Assembly (NCBI RefSeq): GCF_963921235.1
Contig: NC_086097.1
Coordinates: 180,980,001 to 181,044,000 of the forward strand
Origin: Mobula hypostoma
Taxonomy: Eukaryota
Reading direction: 5' to 3'
Length of the DNA: 64,000 nucleotides
Within the stretch, counting starts at the first letter, position 1. Each line of letters opens with the position of its first letter. Made by a program: the position numbers and the translations under genes. The notes below the pieces were generated by a model, which saw nothing but the letters and a program-made list of their open reading frames with translations, made no database searches and was not told the DNA's origin. Positions 26,656 to 39,536 of the stretch are shown here, one piece after another.

Positions 26656-27280
26656 TAGTCATAGTCATAGTCATACTTTATTGATCCCGGGGGAAATTGG
26701 TTTTCGTTACAGTTGCACCATAAATAATAAATAGTAATAGAAATAGTAATAGTAATATTACTATTAGTAAGTAGTAATAGTCATAGAAATAATAAATAGT
26801 AATAGAATAGTAATAGAAAATAGTAATAAATAGTTAAATAGTAATATGTAAATTATGCCAGTAAATTATGAAATAAGTCCAGGACCAGCCTATCGGCTCA
26901 GGGTGTCTGACCCTCCAAGGGAGGAGTTGTAAAGTTTGATGGCCAAAGGCAGGAATGACTTCCTATGACACTCTGTGCTGCATCTCGGAGGAATGAGTCT
27001 CTGGCTGAAAGTACTGCTGTGCCCACCCAGTACATTATGTAGTGGATGGGAGACATTGACCAAGATGGCATGCAACTTAGACAACATCCTCTTTTCAGAC
27101 ACCACCGTGAGAGAGTCCAGTTCCATCCCCACAACATCACTGGCCTTACGAATGAGTTTGTTGATTCTGTTGGTGTCTGCTACCCTCAGCCTGCTGCCCC
27201 AGCACACAACAGCAAACATGATAGCAATGGCCACCACAGACTCGTAGAACATCCTCAGCATCGTCCGGCAGATGTTAAAG
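26656..27280 (-). mobile_element. Rex1/Babar-type LINE 3' end, second copy
   Basis: Near-identical to 20796-21400, with an expanded (AATAGT)n tract. Confidence 0.8.
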
Positions 27281-27608
27281 GAAACATCCCACAATGAGGA
27301 TTGAGAGCAAGAAATCTTTGCTAGCAAAGGAGTCCAGTGATTGAAGAGCTGGAAATAAAGTAATCCTTCTGAATCTTTCCCTCCTCTTCCCTTGGGTTCT
27401 GTAGATCCTCTTTGATCTGCCACCTTTGCTCACCAACCTCCTGCAGCTTTCATGAGCAATGCTTTGACTAACAGCATTGATGAGTAGGTAAAGAGGTGGT
27501 CACTGGCTCTTGAGAGAGACCATTTCCCATACACATCCAGAATCTTCAGATAATTGGGCAATGTGAGTGAGGAGTACCACTAACTGCTCTTTGCAATTCT
27601 GATTTCAG

Positions 27609-27662
27609 CTGCCCTGGTTACACACCGTTTATGCAGGTCTTGGAGCCATTGTCTTTACTCTG
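27609..27662 (+). CDS. FAIM2-like exon, LPWLHTVYAGLGAIVFTL
   Basis: tttcag|54 bp|gtaaat; matches FAIM2 VPWLHAVYAALGAGVFTL. Confidence 0.95.
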
Positions 27663-28094
27663 GTAAATAAATTTCTATTATATTATGTGTTAGTGTACTT
27701 GCAATGATCATGCATGATCCTTGGGATCAGGGATCAAGATCCAGAGGTCCTAGTTTACCTTAGGCACCTTCTTCCTGTTTACACCACTATAGAAATGTTT
27801 ACTGTTTGTTTTCATATGCACATGCAATTAGTCTCTCAAAATTCATTTTCTCCCTTGTGAGCATTTTAGTCTTCTGCTGCTGAATCCTAAAACCCTCTCA
27901 GACCTCTGGTCTTCAACTTGTCCTTGTCACTTTGTATTCCTTTCTTTTTAATACAGCCCCTTCTGTATACTTACCACCATCAGGTGCCAATAAATCTCTT
28001 AAACCTGGGCTCTCCAGTTCTTGATTTCCCAATGCTGGTAAAAAGATTGTGTGCATTGACCATATCTACACCCTTCTATAAGAACATAGAACAC

Positions 28095-29330
28095 AAGTTC
28101 AGATCTAAACCAGCCCATTCTGGGGTACTTTTTGCAATGCACTGCTCTAAAAACCAATTCCTGATGCAGTCCAAAAATTCTTCTTCTATCCTACCCTTGC
28201 CAGTTTAGTTCATCAAATAATTTCCCACATGATAATTGTACCTCCCTTCAAGAGTACCCTTGATATCTTCCCATTTGTACTCCACCCTGCTCAGGCACCT
28301 TTATTGATTAACAGTGCCAACCTACCTCCTTCACCCTTTGGCCTGTTCTTTTGGAAAAGTGTATAACCTGGAATATTGAGCATCCACTCCTCCTCACTAT
28401 GCAACCATGTTTACATCATACTGTTTCTATCTGTTGTTAACTCACTGACCTTGGTGCAAATGCTCTGTTAATTCGAATGAAGAGCATTAAACATTGATAT
28501 TTACAATTCTGGATTTGCTGTTTTTGCATATTTCTCTTTACAAGATCTGCCCTGCACATCACACTCTGTCAGATTCCCCATTGTTATTTATGCCACTGCT
28601 TTTTAAATTTCTTCCTGATTTATTACTCCTCCCTGCTCCTTGTTCATTTAAAAGCCATCTACAACCCTGGTAATGTCATTCGCCAGGACTCTGGTCCCAA
28701 CCCAGTTCAGGTGAGGCCTACTGACATACACATCTCAGTCAGGGATCCCACAATTCCTATTCTGGCACCTCACAGTGTTCTCAGATATACTTGACAAGGC
28801 CCTGGAGATTTGACTATCTTCACACATTTTGAGCCACCTGCTGTAAGGTTGATTTGCCCCAAGACATCCGCAATCTCTATCTCAAGTTTCAAATTTTTCA
28901 TGTCTTTCTCCATAGTAGAAACAAATGAGAAAAACACTTTAAGGAGCTTGCCCACCTCCTATGGCTCCACACAAATATGTCCACTTTGGAAGTTGAGGAG
29001 CCCGGTTCTCTTCTTACTTATTTTTCCAGAGCTATCTCATGACTCCTTTTTGCCCGCTTGGTTTCCTTTTGGAATTCACTCCTAGATCTCCCAACTCCCC
29101 CAGGGATCCACTTGATTCCAGCTGCTTGTACTGATCCATGCCTCAATCATACAGGGTTCCCTACTTCTGTCAACATTGCCTTCCATTTTAACAGAAGCAT
29201 GCATACCTTTTAACTGTCATTATCTCACTTTTAAAAGCCTCCCACATGCTGACTGTCCCTTTGTCCGCAACCTACCAAACCAGCACAGGAGCACAGAGAC
29301 TGCATCTTCACTGACGTCACTGGGGGAAGA
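28095..29330 (-). mobile_element. Old CR1 fragments
   Basis: FVSTMEKD and KSPGP ORF2 remnants plus endonuclease-like pieces. Confidence 0.55.
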
Positions 29331-29739
29331 GGGAGGGAACAGCCAGCTCAAGTACAAGTTTTAAAATTTTGTTTAATCTTTTTACATTTTAGACTTCATT
29401 TTTTAAAAAATGCTCAAGATATATCAGTAGTTAAATCAGTTTTTAATTTCCTGATCATATTGCTTGTTTCTGAGATCACCGTCTCACTACCAGGGACTAA
29501 TTTTTGTTTTACTTTTGCATTAATGTCTTATTTTGCCACCATTTTTCTTAAATCTTGTATAACTTGTGTACAATTTGTGTTGTGTCATGTCTGAATCCAC
29601 ATGCTTGTGATTGTGATGCTGCTGCAAACCAGTTTTCATTGTACCTGTGCCTCACTATATATAACACACACTCACACAGATATACATGTGCCAATAGACT
29701 TGACTATATCTACTGTAGTACCAACTGTTTCCTGGCTGA

Positions 29740-29955
<216 letters not shown>

Positions 29956-30553
29956 GCAGCTGCTGGCGTGCCCAATAGCTCATGGCTCCTTCCCACTGTC
30001 TCTCTCTATCTGTAAAATTTGAAGCAAACCAGCCTTGGGGACTCAATCCTCCACTTAACTGCTTCTGTGGGCTCCTATCTCCTGGTCAGTTCAAAGTGGT
30101 GTTGGAGTGATGTCCCCCTTCTCTGTTCCAACACTGCACCATGCAGGGTCAGGGAGGGTATGGAAATAATATGTTCAGTTTTCAGTTTTCCCTGCCCTGA
30201 CACTAGCACAGAACCAAGATCCCAAGGTCAACTTTTGCTTCCCCATCTCCATCCACGCTGTATTGTCCCAGACTGCACAGGGAAAGTGAAGTCTGTGTCC
30301 ATCAACAGATAAGACCCTTGTTTACATTCATCCTTTTAAAAACTGCTCAAGTAAACTTACGTATTATATTAGCTTAGTTTTTATTGTGTTTATCAGTCTA
30401 GTGAGTTGTGGTCTCTGGTACTGAATGAGCACTGCAACATCTCTTCCAGAGCATTGTTCTGTTCACACCCACCTGAATTTATTTCAGATAAAAAGAGACA
30501 TTGTGTCTTGGTGTAATATTAACAGTTATTTTCTGTAATCTTTGTACATTTTG

Positions 30554-30559
30554 ATTAAA
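30554..30559 (+). promoter_or_regulatory. Candidate polyadenylation signal (ATTAAA) of the FAIM2-like gene
   Basis: ATTAAA about 600 bp after the stop, followed by T-rich sequence. Confidence 0.5.
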
Positions 30560-30837
30560 ATTGTTACAGCTTTTCAGTTGATGTCCAATCTTTTTTTCAG
30601 TCATGGAATCTTAAAGCAGGATCCAAGTCTTTGAACTGACCCTACTTTTTCACACAATTAAGTTTCACCACTATTCATTTTGAAAGCTTCTTGTGAACTT
30701 GCTTTTTGCTAAATGTCATAAATTGATCATTTCAACCTCTGGTTACTAATCCTCCCATGATCAGTAAATTTCCCATTTCCCTAATTCTCTTACTGTTCTT
30801 TGCTCCTCAGGGAACCATCTCATGTTTCCAGTTTCTC

Positions 30838-31941
30838 AATGGAACCATCAGAGTTCCCACAATCCTGATCGATAAGTTACAGAACCTGGGCCTCTGTACC
30901 TCCCTCTGCAATTGGATCCTCAACTTCCTAACTGGAAGACCATAATTTGTGTGGATTGGTGATAATATCTCCACCTTGCTGATTATCATCACTGGTGTAC
31001 CTCAGGGGTGTGTGCTTAGCCCACTGCTCTATTCTCTTTATACCCATGACTGTGTGGCCAGGCATAGGTCAAATACCATCTATAAATTTGCTGATGATAC
31101 AACCATTGTTGGTAGAATCTCAGGTGGTGATGAGAGGGTGTACAGGAGTGAGATATGCCAACTAGTGGAGTGGTGTTGCAGCAACAACCTGGCACTCAAC
31201 GTCAGTAAGATGAAAGAGCTGATTGTGGCCTTCAGGAAGGGCAAGACAAAGGAACACATACCAATCCTCATAGAGGGATCAGAAGTGGAGAGAGTGAGCA
31301 GTTTTAAGTTCCTGGGTGTTAAGATCTCTGAGGATTTAACCTGGTCTCAACATTTCGATGCAGCTATAAAGAAGGCAAGACAGTGACTATATTTCATTAG
31401 CAGTTTGAGATTTGGTATGTCAACAAAAACACTCACCCAAGACTTCGACAGATGTACCGTGGAGAGCATTCTAACAGGTTACATCACTGTCTGGTATGAG
31501 GGAATCACAGGACTGAGAGAAGCTGCAGAGGGTCATAAATTTAGCTGACTCCATCTTGAGTACTAGCCTACAAAGTACCCAGGACATCTTCAAGGAGCAG
31601 TGTCTCAGAAAAGTAGCGTCCATTATTAAGGACCCTCATCACCCAGGGCATGCCCTTTTCTCACTGTTACCATCAGGTAGGAGGTACAGCAAACTGAAGG
31701 CATGCACTTGGCGATTCAGAAACAGCTTTTTCCCCTCCGCCATCTGATTCCTAAATAGACATTGAACCCATGAACACTACCTCACTTTTTCAATATATGT
31801 TTCTGTTTTGCACAATTTTTAATCTATTCAATATACATATACTGTTATTTATTTTTCTTCTATATTATGTTTTGCATTGAACTGCTGCTGCTAAGTTAAC
31901 AAATTTCGTGACACATGCTGGTGATAATAAACGTGATTCTG
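30838..31941 (+). mobile_element. Rex1/Babar LINE, 5'-truncated
   Basis: [20 protein letters not shown] and KFADDTT motifs; tail GATAATAAACGTGATTCTGA. Confidence 0.9.
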
Positions 31942-32549
31942 AGTAGAGAACCTAGAACCAGCCCCAGGTTCCATTCCTGAGCATTGTTGATGACCTGAGC
32001 TATTTGTAAGTCATAAATGAACATCACTGTGTGGGACAGTCACAAAACTACTGTAACAGGACAGCCAGCAGGCACAGGAAGAGTGTCTGCCAGCAGGCCT
32101 CAATGAGAAGTGAGAACGTTCAGTGCTCCCAGCTCAACTCAGCTTCCTAACTACTAACCATTGCAGTTCATTTGTAGGATACGTGTCTATAACTTGGGTG
32201 TTTGTAAACTAGAGGGCCTGTATGTGGTTTTTTGTAATTTATTTACTTCCCTAAGAAGTAACATTCACTGAACAAAAAAAAGAGTAACCAGCTAAAACAA
32301 ATCACAGTGACAGATTTAACACAGAGAACCCAGACCTGTTAACTTATCCAATGACCATTATGTCTTAGGTCCAATATTATCTATGTTAAATCTGTTTTGT
32401 AGCCCTGAAGCTCAACATCTTCCTTATAATACAGTAAAACTGGAACATTCTCATGACTTCAACCAAAAGACTGCTACTGTTAGAAATCTGAAATAAAAGC
32501 AGAAAATGCTGGAATAAAATGTGCAATCCAGTCACTGCACTATACTGTT

Positions 32550-32945
32550 TGTGATAGCACTGGAGAGGATGCAGGGGATTCACCAGGATGTTTCCTGGAG
32601 TGGAGGAGAATACAAGGGATGATCAAAGTATATAAAATTATGAAGGGTATAGAAAGAGGAGATTGCAGAAGCTGTTCCCTTTTTCAGAGGCAGATAAAAC
32701 TGGAGGATATAGGGTAAGAGAAAAGTAATTTAGAGGAGATCTGAGGGGAACATGTTTTATTCGGAGATTGGTATCTGGAATACACAGCTGAAGAGAGTGG
32801 TGACAACAAGATCACTGACTGTGCTTGAGAATTTATAGATGAGCATTGAAGTCACCTAGTATTAGAAGGCTCCTGGCAGATGGGATTAATGCAGAAGGTT
32901 GACATGAATGGGGGAGGGAGTCTGAATGGCCTGTTTCTACCTGTC
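32550..32945 (+). mobile_element. Old CR1 3' fragment
   Basis: MIKVYKIMKGI and IWNT remnants; CR1-like 3' end. Confidence 0.6.
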
Positions 32946-32987
32946 AGATCCCTTCCCTTGTTCTAAAATCAAATCATGCTTCTCCAG

Positions 32988-33510
32988 TCACAAACAAGAG
33001 AAAATCTGCAGATGCTGGAAATCCAAGCAACACACACAAAATGCTGGAGAAACTCAGCAGGCCAGGCACGTCTATGGCAAAGAGTAACCAGTCCACATTT
33101 CAGGCTGAGACCCTTCATCAGGGCTGGAGAAAAAAGATGAGGTCAGAGTAAGAAGGTGGGGGGAGGTGAGGAAGAAATACAAGGCAGTAGGTGATAGGTG
33201 AAACTGGGAGAGGGGGAGTTGATTGGTGAAAGAGATCAAGGGCTGGAGAAAGGGGAATCTGATAGGAGAGGATAGAAGGCCATGGAAGAAAGGGAATTGG
33301 GAGGTGCTCCAGAGGGAGCTCATGAGCAGGTAAGGGGAGAGAGAGAAATGGGAATGGGGAAGGCTGAAGGGGGTGGGGGGGGGCACTACCAGAAGGTCAA
33401 GAAATTGATGCTTATGCCACCAGATTGTAGGCCACCCAGATGGAAGATAAGGTGTTGCTCCTCCAACCTGAGTGTGGCCTCATCATGGCAGTAGAGGAGA
33501 CCATGTGATC
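32988..33510 (-). mobile_element. Penelope-like element 3' fragment (GIY-YIG C-terminus plus terminal repeat)
   Basis: Minus strand encodes HGLLYCHDEATLRLEEQHLIFHLG, then a pyrimidine-rich UTR and a terminal repeat with a hammerhead motif. Confidence 0.85.
33091..33126 (-). ncRNA. Minimal type I hammerhead ribozyme motif (Penelope-associated, probably decayed)
   Basis: CUGAUGA-A-GGGU-CUCA-GCCU-GAAAUGUG; core boxes and stem II present, but the cleavage triplet is mutated. Confidence 0.6.
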
Positions 33511-34395
33511 CACAATTACTCCTTCACTGCATCTTTCACCCCTCCTCAGTTCTCCGATCACCTCAGACTCCCCTCTCACTGCTACCACACTCTTCTTTAT
33601 ACTGACAACCTCACTCAGTTCTGATGCAGTTTCAACCCGAAATCTCAATTCCATACTCCGCCCTCCCCGATGCTGCTCGACCCACTGAGTTCCTCCAGCA
33701 GACTGTTGCTCCTTCACATCCTGCTTTAATTTTGTGCAGGACCCTTCTGTAGGTCTGCCCTTTCCTGAGTGACACAAAACATAAAGTTTTCCATGTTGCT
33801 TGTTGATGATGTACATTTGTCTCACCTGCACTAACTCAACCAGACCTGAAAGCTGTGGAATTTCAGTTTTCTCCTTTAATGGAAACTTTCCCTCTGCACC
33901 TCTCAGCTCAGCCCCATCGCTTGCATTTCTCTGGGACATCATAAAATACACGTCCAATGCCTTGGATTGAACGTGGAAACGATTAATCAGAATCCTTTGA
34001 TCCATTTCAGGAGGAATCTCCAGACATTTCAGACAATAGACAGAGAGACCAGGGATCTCCCACTATTTTAATCCACACTAAGAGCTGGGATGATGAGGAA
34101 ACTCAGGGCGATGAGCAGTAGCTATAGACAAAAGTGGACACTCAATGTTTCGGGCTGAAACCTTCCATCTAGATTTCCAGTGAAAGAAATTAACCTGAAA
34201 GATAAACTGTCCATTTCCTTCCACAGATGCTGCTTAATCCTGCTGAGTTCCTGCAGCATCTTGTCTGTTACTCCAGATTCCAGCATCTGCAGTCTTCTGT
34301 GTCTCTGCTGGGCACCCTGTGCCTGGGTCCTCAGCTCAGGAAATGCTCCTGAATTTATCTTTATTTGATCCAATGGATTGTTTACCAATCTCTTT

Positions 34396-35298
34396 ACATA
34401 GAAACATAGAAAACCTACAGTCCAGTACAGGCCCTTTGGCCCACAAAGCTGTGCCAAACATGCCCTTACCTGAGAAATTACCTAGGGTTACCCACAGCCC
34501 TCTATTTTTCTGAGCTCCATATACCTGTCCAGGAGTCTCTTAAAAGACCCTATCGTATCCGCCTTCACCACCGTCGCCAGCAGCCCATTCCATGCACTCG
34601 CCACTCTCTGTGTAAAAAAACTTACCCGATGTCTTCTCTGTACCTATTTCCAAGCACCTTAAAACTGTACCCTCTCGTGCTAGCCATTTCAGCCCTGGGA
34701 AAAAGCCTCTGACTATCCACACGATCAATACCTCTCATCATCTTATACACCTCTAGCAGGTCACCTCTCATCCTCCGTCACTCCAAGCAAAAAAGGCCAA
34801 GTTCACTCAACCTATTCTCATAAGGCATGCTCCCCAATCCAGGCAACATACTTGTAAATATCCTCTGCACCCTTTCTATGGTTTCCACATCCTTCCTATA
34901 GTGAGGCGACAAGAACTGAGCACTGTACTCCAAGTGGGGTCTGACCAGGGTCCTATTTAGCTGCAACATTACCTCTCGGCTCCTAAACTCAATCCCATGA
35001 TTGATGAAGGCCAATGCACTGTATGCTTTCTTAAGCACAGAGTCAACTTGTGCAGCAGCCTTGAGTGTCCTATGGACTCAGACCCCAAGTTCCCTCTAAT
35101 CCTCCACACTGCCAAGAGTCTTAGAATACTATATTCTCTCATCATATTTGATTGACCAAAATGAACCACCTCACACTTATCTGGGTTGAACTCCATCTGC
35201 CACTTCTCCGCCCATTTTTGCATCCTATCAATGTCCCGCTGTAACCTCTGACAGCCCTACACACTATCCACAACACCTCCAACCTTTGTATTATCAAC
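34396..35298 (-). mobile_element. CR1 LINE 3' part
   Basis: WAEKWQMEFN and LVRPHLEY motifs; same family as 59487-62395. Confidence 0.9.
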
Positions 35299-35418
35299 AA
35301 TCAGGAGTTACAGGTAAATGTGAAATAGAAAGTATTTCAACCAGTCACTGCATGGGTTTGATGGAATCTCCTGTATTGCCCACCTGGTTTAATAATGAAA
35401 TTTTCAAACCATTCCACT

Positions 35419-35424
35419 TTTATT
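35419..35424 (-). promoter_or_regulatory. CDK5: Candidate CDK5 polyadenylation signal AATAAA
   Basis: TTTATT on the + strand, about 1.3 kb downstream of the CDK5 stop, across repeat-poor sequence. Confidence 0.5.
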
Positions 35425-36747
35425 AATTGTTTTGCACTCAAGGAGGTATAAAGTCTGGCACTCCAGTAAATTATGCCATAATGATTTTCTGCCATGGTTT
35501 ACAAGTTGCTTGCAGATTGATATTTATCAGCTACAGTATGTTGCACAGACAAGTGCTTACTTTCTTTGCTACCAAAACACAAGAGGAACTGGAACAATTC
35601 AATAATCTAAGTGTTGAAACAAGTGCATTAACTGGAATTTCCAACAATACTGCTGAACCAGAATAAGTGAGACCTTGTTCAGTAGCAAGGTCAAGCTGTA
35701 AGGTTTGGGTGGATGCTGATATGATGACTCTTGGAATTTGAGCTCCACAGAATCTTCACTCAGTGACAGTGGCATCCAGCAAAAAATAAAGGGTCCCTAA
35801 AACACACACACACACACACACACAAAAGCACATTAACAGAGACACACGGGAGCATATATTACACACTACACACACATCAATAGCAAACAGTGACATCATG
35901 TACAAGTGTGTGCACAAACACATGCACCCGCCAACAACAAAATTATAAACAGTTTTTGAAAGTTTCACATTTCTTTGAAAAAAAGTGCTTTCACTAATGA
36001 AAAGCTCCAAAGTCATTCTCCACAACACATTATCACAGGCTGAGTGCCATGAGTTCACACTAATACAGTAAACAAAATATTCTGAAATCACACAAATATT
36101 CTAATCCATGATAACATACAGACCCCCAGGAACACTGACAACACACACCCCACTCAAAGAGACCACACAGCACTAACCTGGATGCTCTGTAACTGACAAG
36201 TAATGACATAGATGAGGGAGAGCAGAAATTATAGAGAAGGGCATGTTTAACATACATTAACAAAAAGTGACAAAATTACACACATAATGAATATAATACA
36301 TAACTACTTGAGACATTTATGAATACTAGATACATGGCAACACATGATATACAGGCATATATACAGAGGCAACACACCTGTGCATGAAGTCACACTTGCT
36401 GATGCACAACACACTTGTGAATAAGGATACACGTGCACAAACAAGATAGCCGACTGTACAAATGTCAGATGAATTCTTTACAGACAAAAAGTGCTTTTCT
36501 TCACGATGCTCTGTATGGAATGCTAAAATAAAAATCCTTCCAGACAAACACACCAATGCTTCAAGTGAGATTCTCATTCTTAAGAACCTGCCCACAATGA
36601 GATCACCTCAAGGGTCCACCACTTTGGTCGTGACTGTGACAAGAAGCACAGAGAGGAGAGAGGCAGCTCGAGTTTCAGTTGATCCTTCAGGCCTAGTGAC
36701 ACGGGGTGGGTACGTGACTGGAAAAGTGCCAAAGGGCAGGTGTTCCT

Positions 36748-36834
36748 TTAGGGAGGGCAGAAGTCCGCAAAGTAGGGATGTTGTAAGGCTTCCTCGGCTG
36801 AAATTCTCTGCACCGGGTTACACTTCAACAGGTT
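36748..36834 (-). CDS. CDK5: Cyclin-dependent kinase 5, last coding exon, [28 protein letters not shown]
   Basis: Minus-strand acceptor gtctgcag; the translation matches the CDK5 C-terminus. Confidence 0.98.
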   Translation of the reverse strand, partial: NLLKCNPVQRISAEEALQHPYFADFCPP

Positions 36835-38249
36835 CTGCAGACACAAGGCACAAGGATATAAAGTCAACCACAGAAATGGGGGCACTTTCTTCAGCAGTCA
36901 AAAACTGGACAACATCCAAAAGTGTCTGATGGTGTGACCCTTCCTCAGTAATGCCCCTCCCACAGCGTGACACTCCCTCGTTACTGCCCCCTTTTCTTTT
37001 GTAAACTGTACAAAACTTTGTTCAAATACAAAAGACCTACAAAGGATAGGGGTTACAATACAATTGTTAAATTCAAATTAAAATACAATTATTAGCATCT
37101 ATAATACACCCAATTCCCTGGAGGACCCACTGTTCCCAGAAATCCACCACTGAACCCATGATGATCACATGTTCCCTTTCTAAGGACACCCCGGCACAGA
37201 TGAACACTGGAAGAGGGGCAGGCAGCCAGCTCGGGCAGAACCCTCGACAGCTCGCTGCATGTACCCCTGAAAGGCCAGTTTGGCCAGGTGCAAGAGCAAG
37301 CCTACCAGGACATCCTATGAGGGACCCTCCCCCCTCCTTACTGGGTGCCTATAAACCATGGAGAATGAGACAGAAATGCAGCCGAAACTTGAGGAGCAGC
37401 CCTTTCATAGATTCAAACAGGAGATGTAGCCTCTGACATTCTATATGTACATGGTACACTGACTCCTCCCGTCCACAGAAAAGGCAAGTCGATGGGATAA
37501 GAGTGTATCTGCTTAGGAATCTATTACATGGTACTGCTCCGTACATGGTACATCCTCCACCCTAGTTCCCCAATGTACAGGGGAAAGACCCTTGCATTGA
37601 GGCTTCCATTGGGGGCCTCTCTCACTGCCTGATGGTAAGAAAGACCACCACGGCATGTTCAGAAGGCAGATTAGAGCAATAAAGTGAAAAGTGTGTAAGG
37701 ACAGCCCGTACAGGAACTGTCTTAGCACGCTGTGGAACGGCACAGCAGGACCCCTGCGAGGCGTCTCACCACCAGCTCCCAAAGGAGATCTCGGGATTTA
37801 GGTCCCACAAGCACCTCCAGCAGAGCGGGGGTTGCCATGGCCACAGCCATTCCACACCCATGGTGGTGGGATAGGAAACAACCCCCCCCTCCCGGCCACC
37901 CGACAGCACGAGTGCTGCTCCTTGTGACACAGCATCTGACCAGAGCACACTATGCCAGACCCACAACAGCTCCTGGAAAAACCCCAGCAGCTCCCACATA
38001 GCGGCACGGCCAAAGCACACACTGGGATCACATGCCATCCTGAAGGCAATGCCCTTGGCAACAAAAATATGTCACCAGTACATGCTTCCTTGGAGGGTGC
38101 TCAGTATACATGTATTTCTGTAATCTTGAGGCAGAGAGTTGCCAGCTGGGTATATACGCACACCAGTGACTGACCATTCTCTGCAATTGGAAGACTCAAG
38201 GCAGCAACAGAGACCCAGTGTCTGTCTTCACAGTGGAGGACAGGTCTAA

Positions 38250-38753
38250 AGGTTGATTTATACTTGTGCGTCAACTCGACACCGTAAGCACGGTGTCGCT
38301 GCAAACCCTAGGTGGATCCCTACGCCGTAACCTGACGCTCACCTCTCCCAAAATGTAACTATGCATCGCAGCAACACAGACTGCAACAACTGAGATTGGT
38401 CCGCTTGGTAGCATCGCATTTCCTCCAATGCTGCAATAGCTTCCCATTGGCTGACTGAAGGGCAGGGAAGGAACTCTGGCTGCAATGCTTTCCATAAAGC
38501 TTTACAGACCTCCAAAATTATGGAGGACACATTTCACTTTTACCAAAAATGACGCTCGCTTTAAATTTGTTTACCCTGAGAAAGACTACCATGACCATGA
38601 AGCCTTGCGCGGGCAGGTGTGTGCGCATGCATGACATGCCCGAATTGCAGAGCGACGCAGACACACCAACGCACAAATATAAATGCTCACAACGCGTGTA
38701 GGCCACTTGCGTAGGTTACGGTGTCGAGTTGATGCACAAGTATAAATCAGCCT
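38250..38753. mobile_element. Non-autonomous PIF/Harbinger-like element (MITE)
   Basis: TIR of about 38 bp, AGGYTGATTTATACTTGTGCRTCAACTCGACACCGTAA; 3-bp flanks TAA/TAG. Confidence 0.85.
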
Positions 38754-39536
38754 TAGTGTGCCAAAGAAGGATGTTATGGACGAAATGGGAGGTGAGGACC
38801 TTGATAAAATCGCTGTCACTAAAGAGATAGTGATGAGCAAACTAGAGGGCTTGAAGGTAGATAAGTCCCCTGGTCCCGATGGGATGCATCCCAGGGTGCT
38901 GAGGGAATTGGCAGAGGTTATAGTAGTCACGTTGGTATTCACTTATCAAAACTCTCTAGACTCTGGGCAGGTCCCGTCGGACTGGAAGACAGCAAATGTC
39001 ACGCCACTTTTTAAAAAAGGACGTAGCCAAAAGACAGGCAACTATAGGCCAGTTAGCTTAACATCTGTAATCGGGGAAAATGCTTGAAGATATCATTAGG
39101 GAAGAAATAGCGAAACATTTAGAAAGGAGTGGTTCCATTAGACAGACTCAGCATGGATTCAGAAAGGGCAGGTCCTGTTTGACAAACTTACTGGAGTTGT
39201 TTGAGGACATAATCAGTGCAGTGGATAGAGGGGAACAGGTGGATGTTGTATACTTGGATTTCCAGAAGGCGTTTGATAAGGTGCCGGACAAGAGACTTAT
39301 AAATAAGATACGGATGCATGGAGTTGAAGTAAGTGTATTGGCATGGATAGTGGATTGGTTAACCAATAGAAGGCAGAGAGTTGGTATAAATGGGTGTTTC
39401 TCCAGTTGGCAGTCAGTGGTGAGTGGGATGCCACAAGGGTCGGTACTAGGCCCGCAGCTGTTTACCATTTACACTGATGATTTGAAAGAGGGGACTGAGT
39501 GAAGTGTAGCAAAATTTGCTGATGAAACTGAACTGA

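Noticed and set aside
33412..34005. 197-aa minus-strand ORF
   Set aside because: It crosses unrelated repeat fragments and reads the Penelope remnant out of frame.
36462..36929. 155-aa plus-strand ORF
   Set aside because: Antisense shadow of the last CDK5 exon and UTR, with no recognisable motif.
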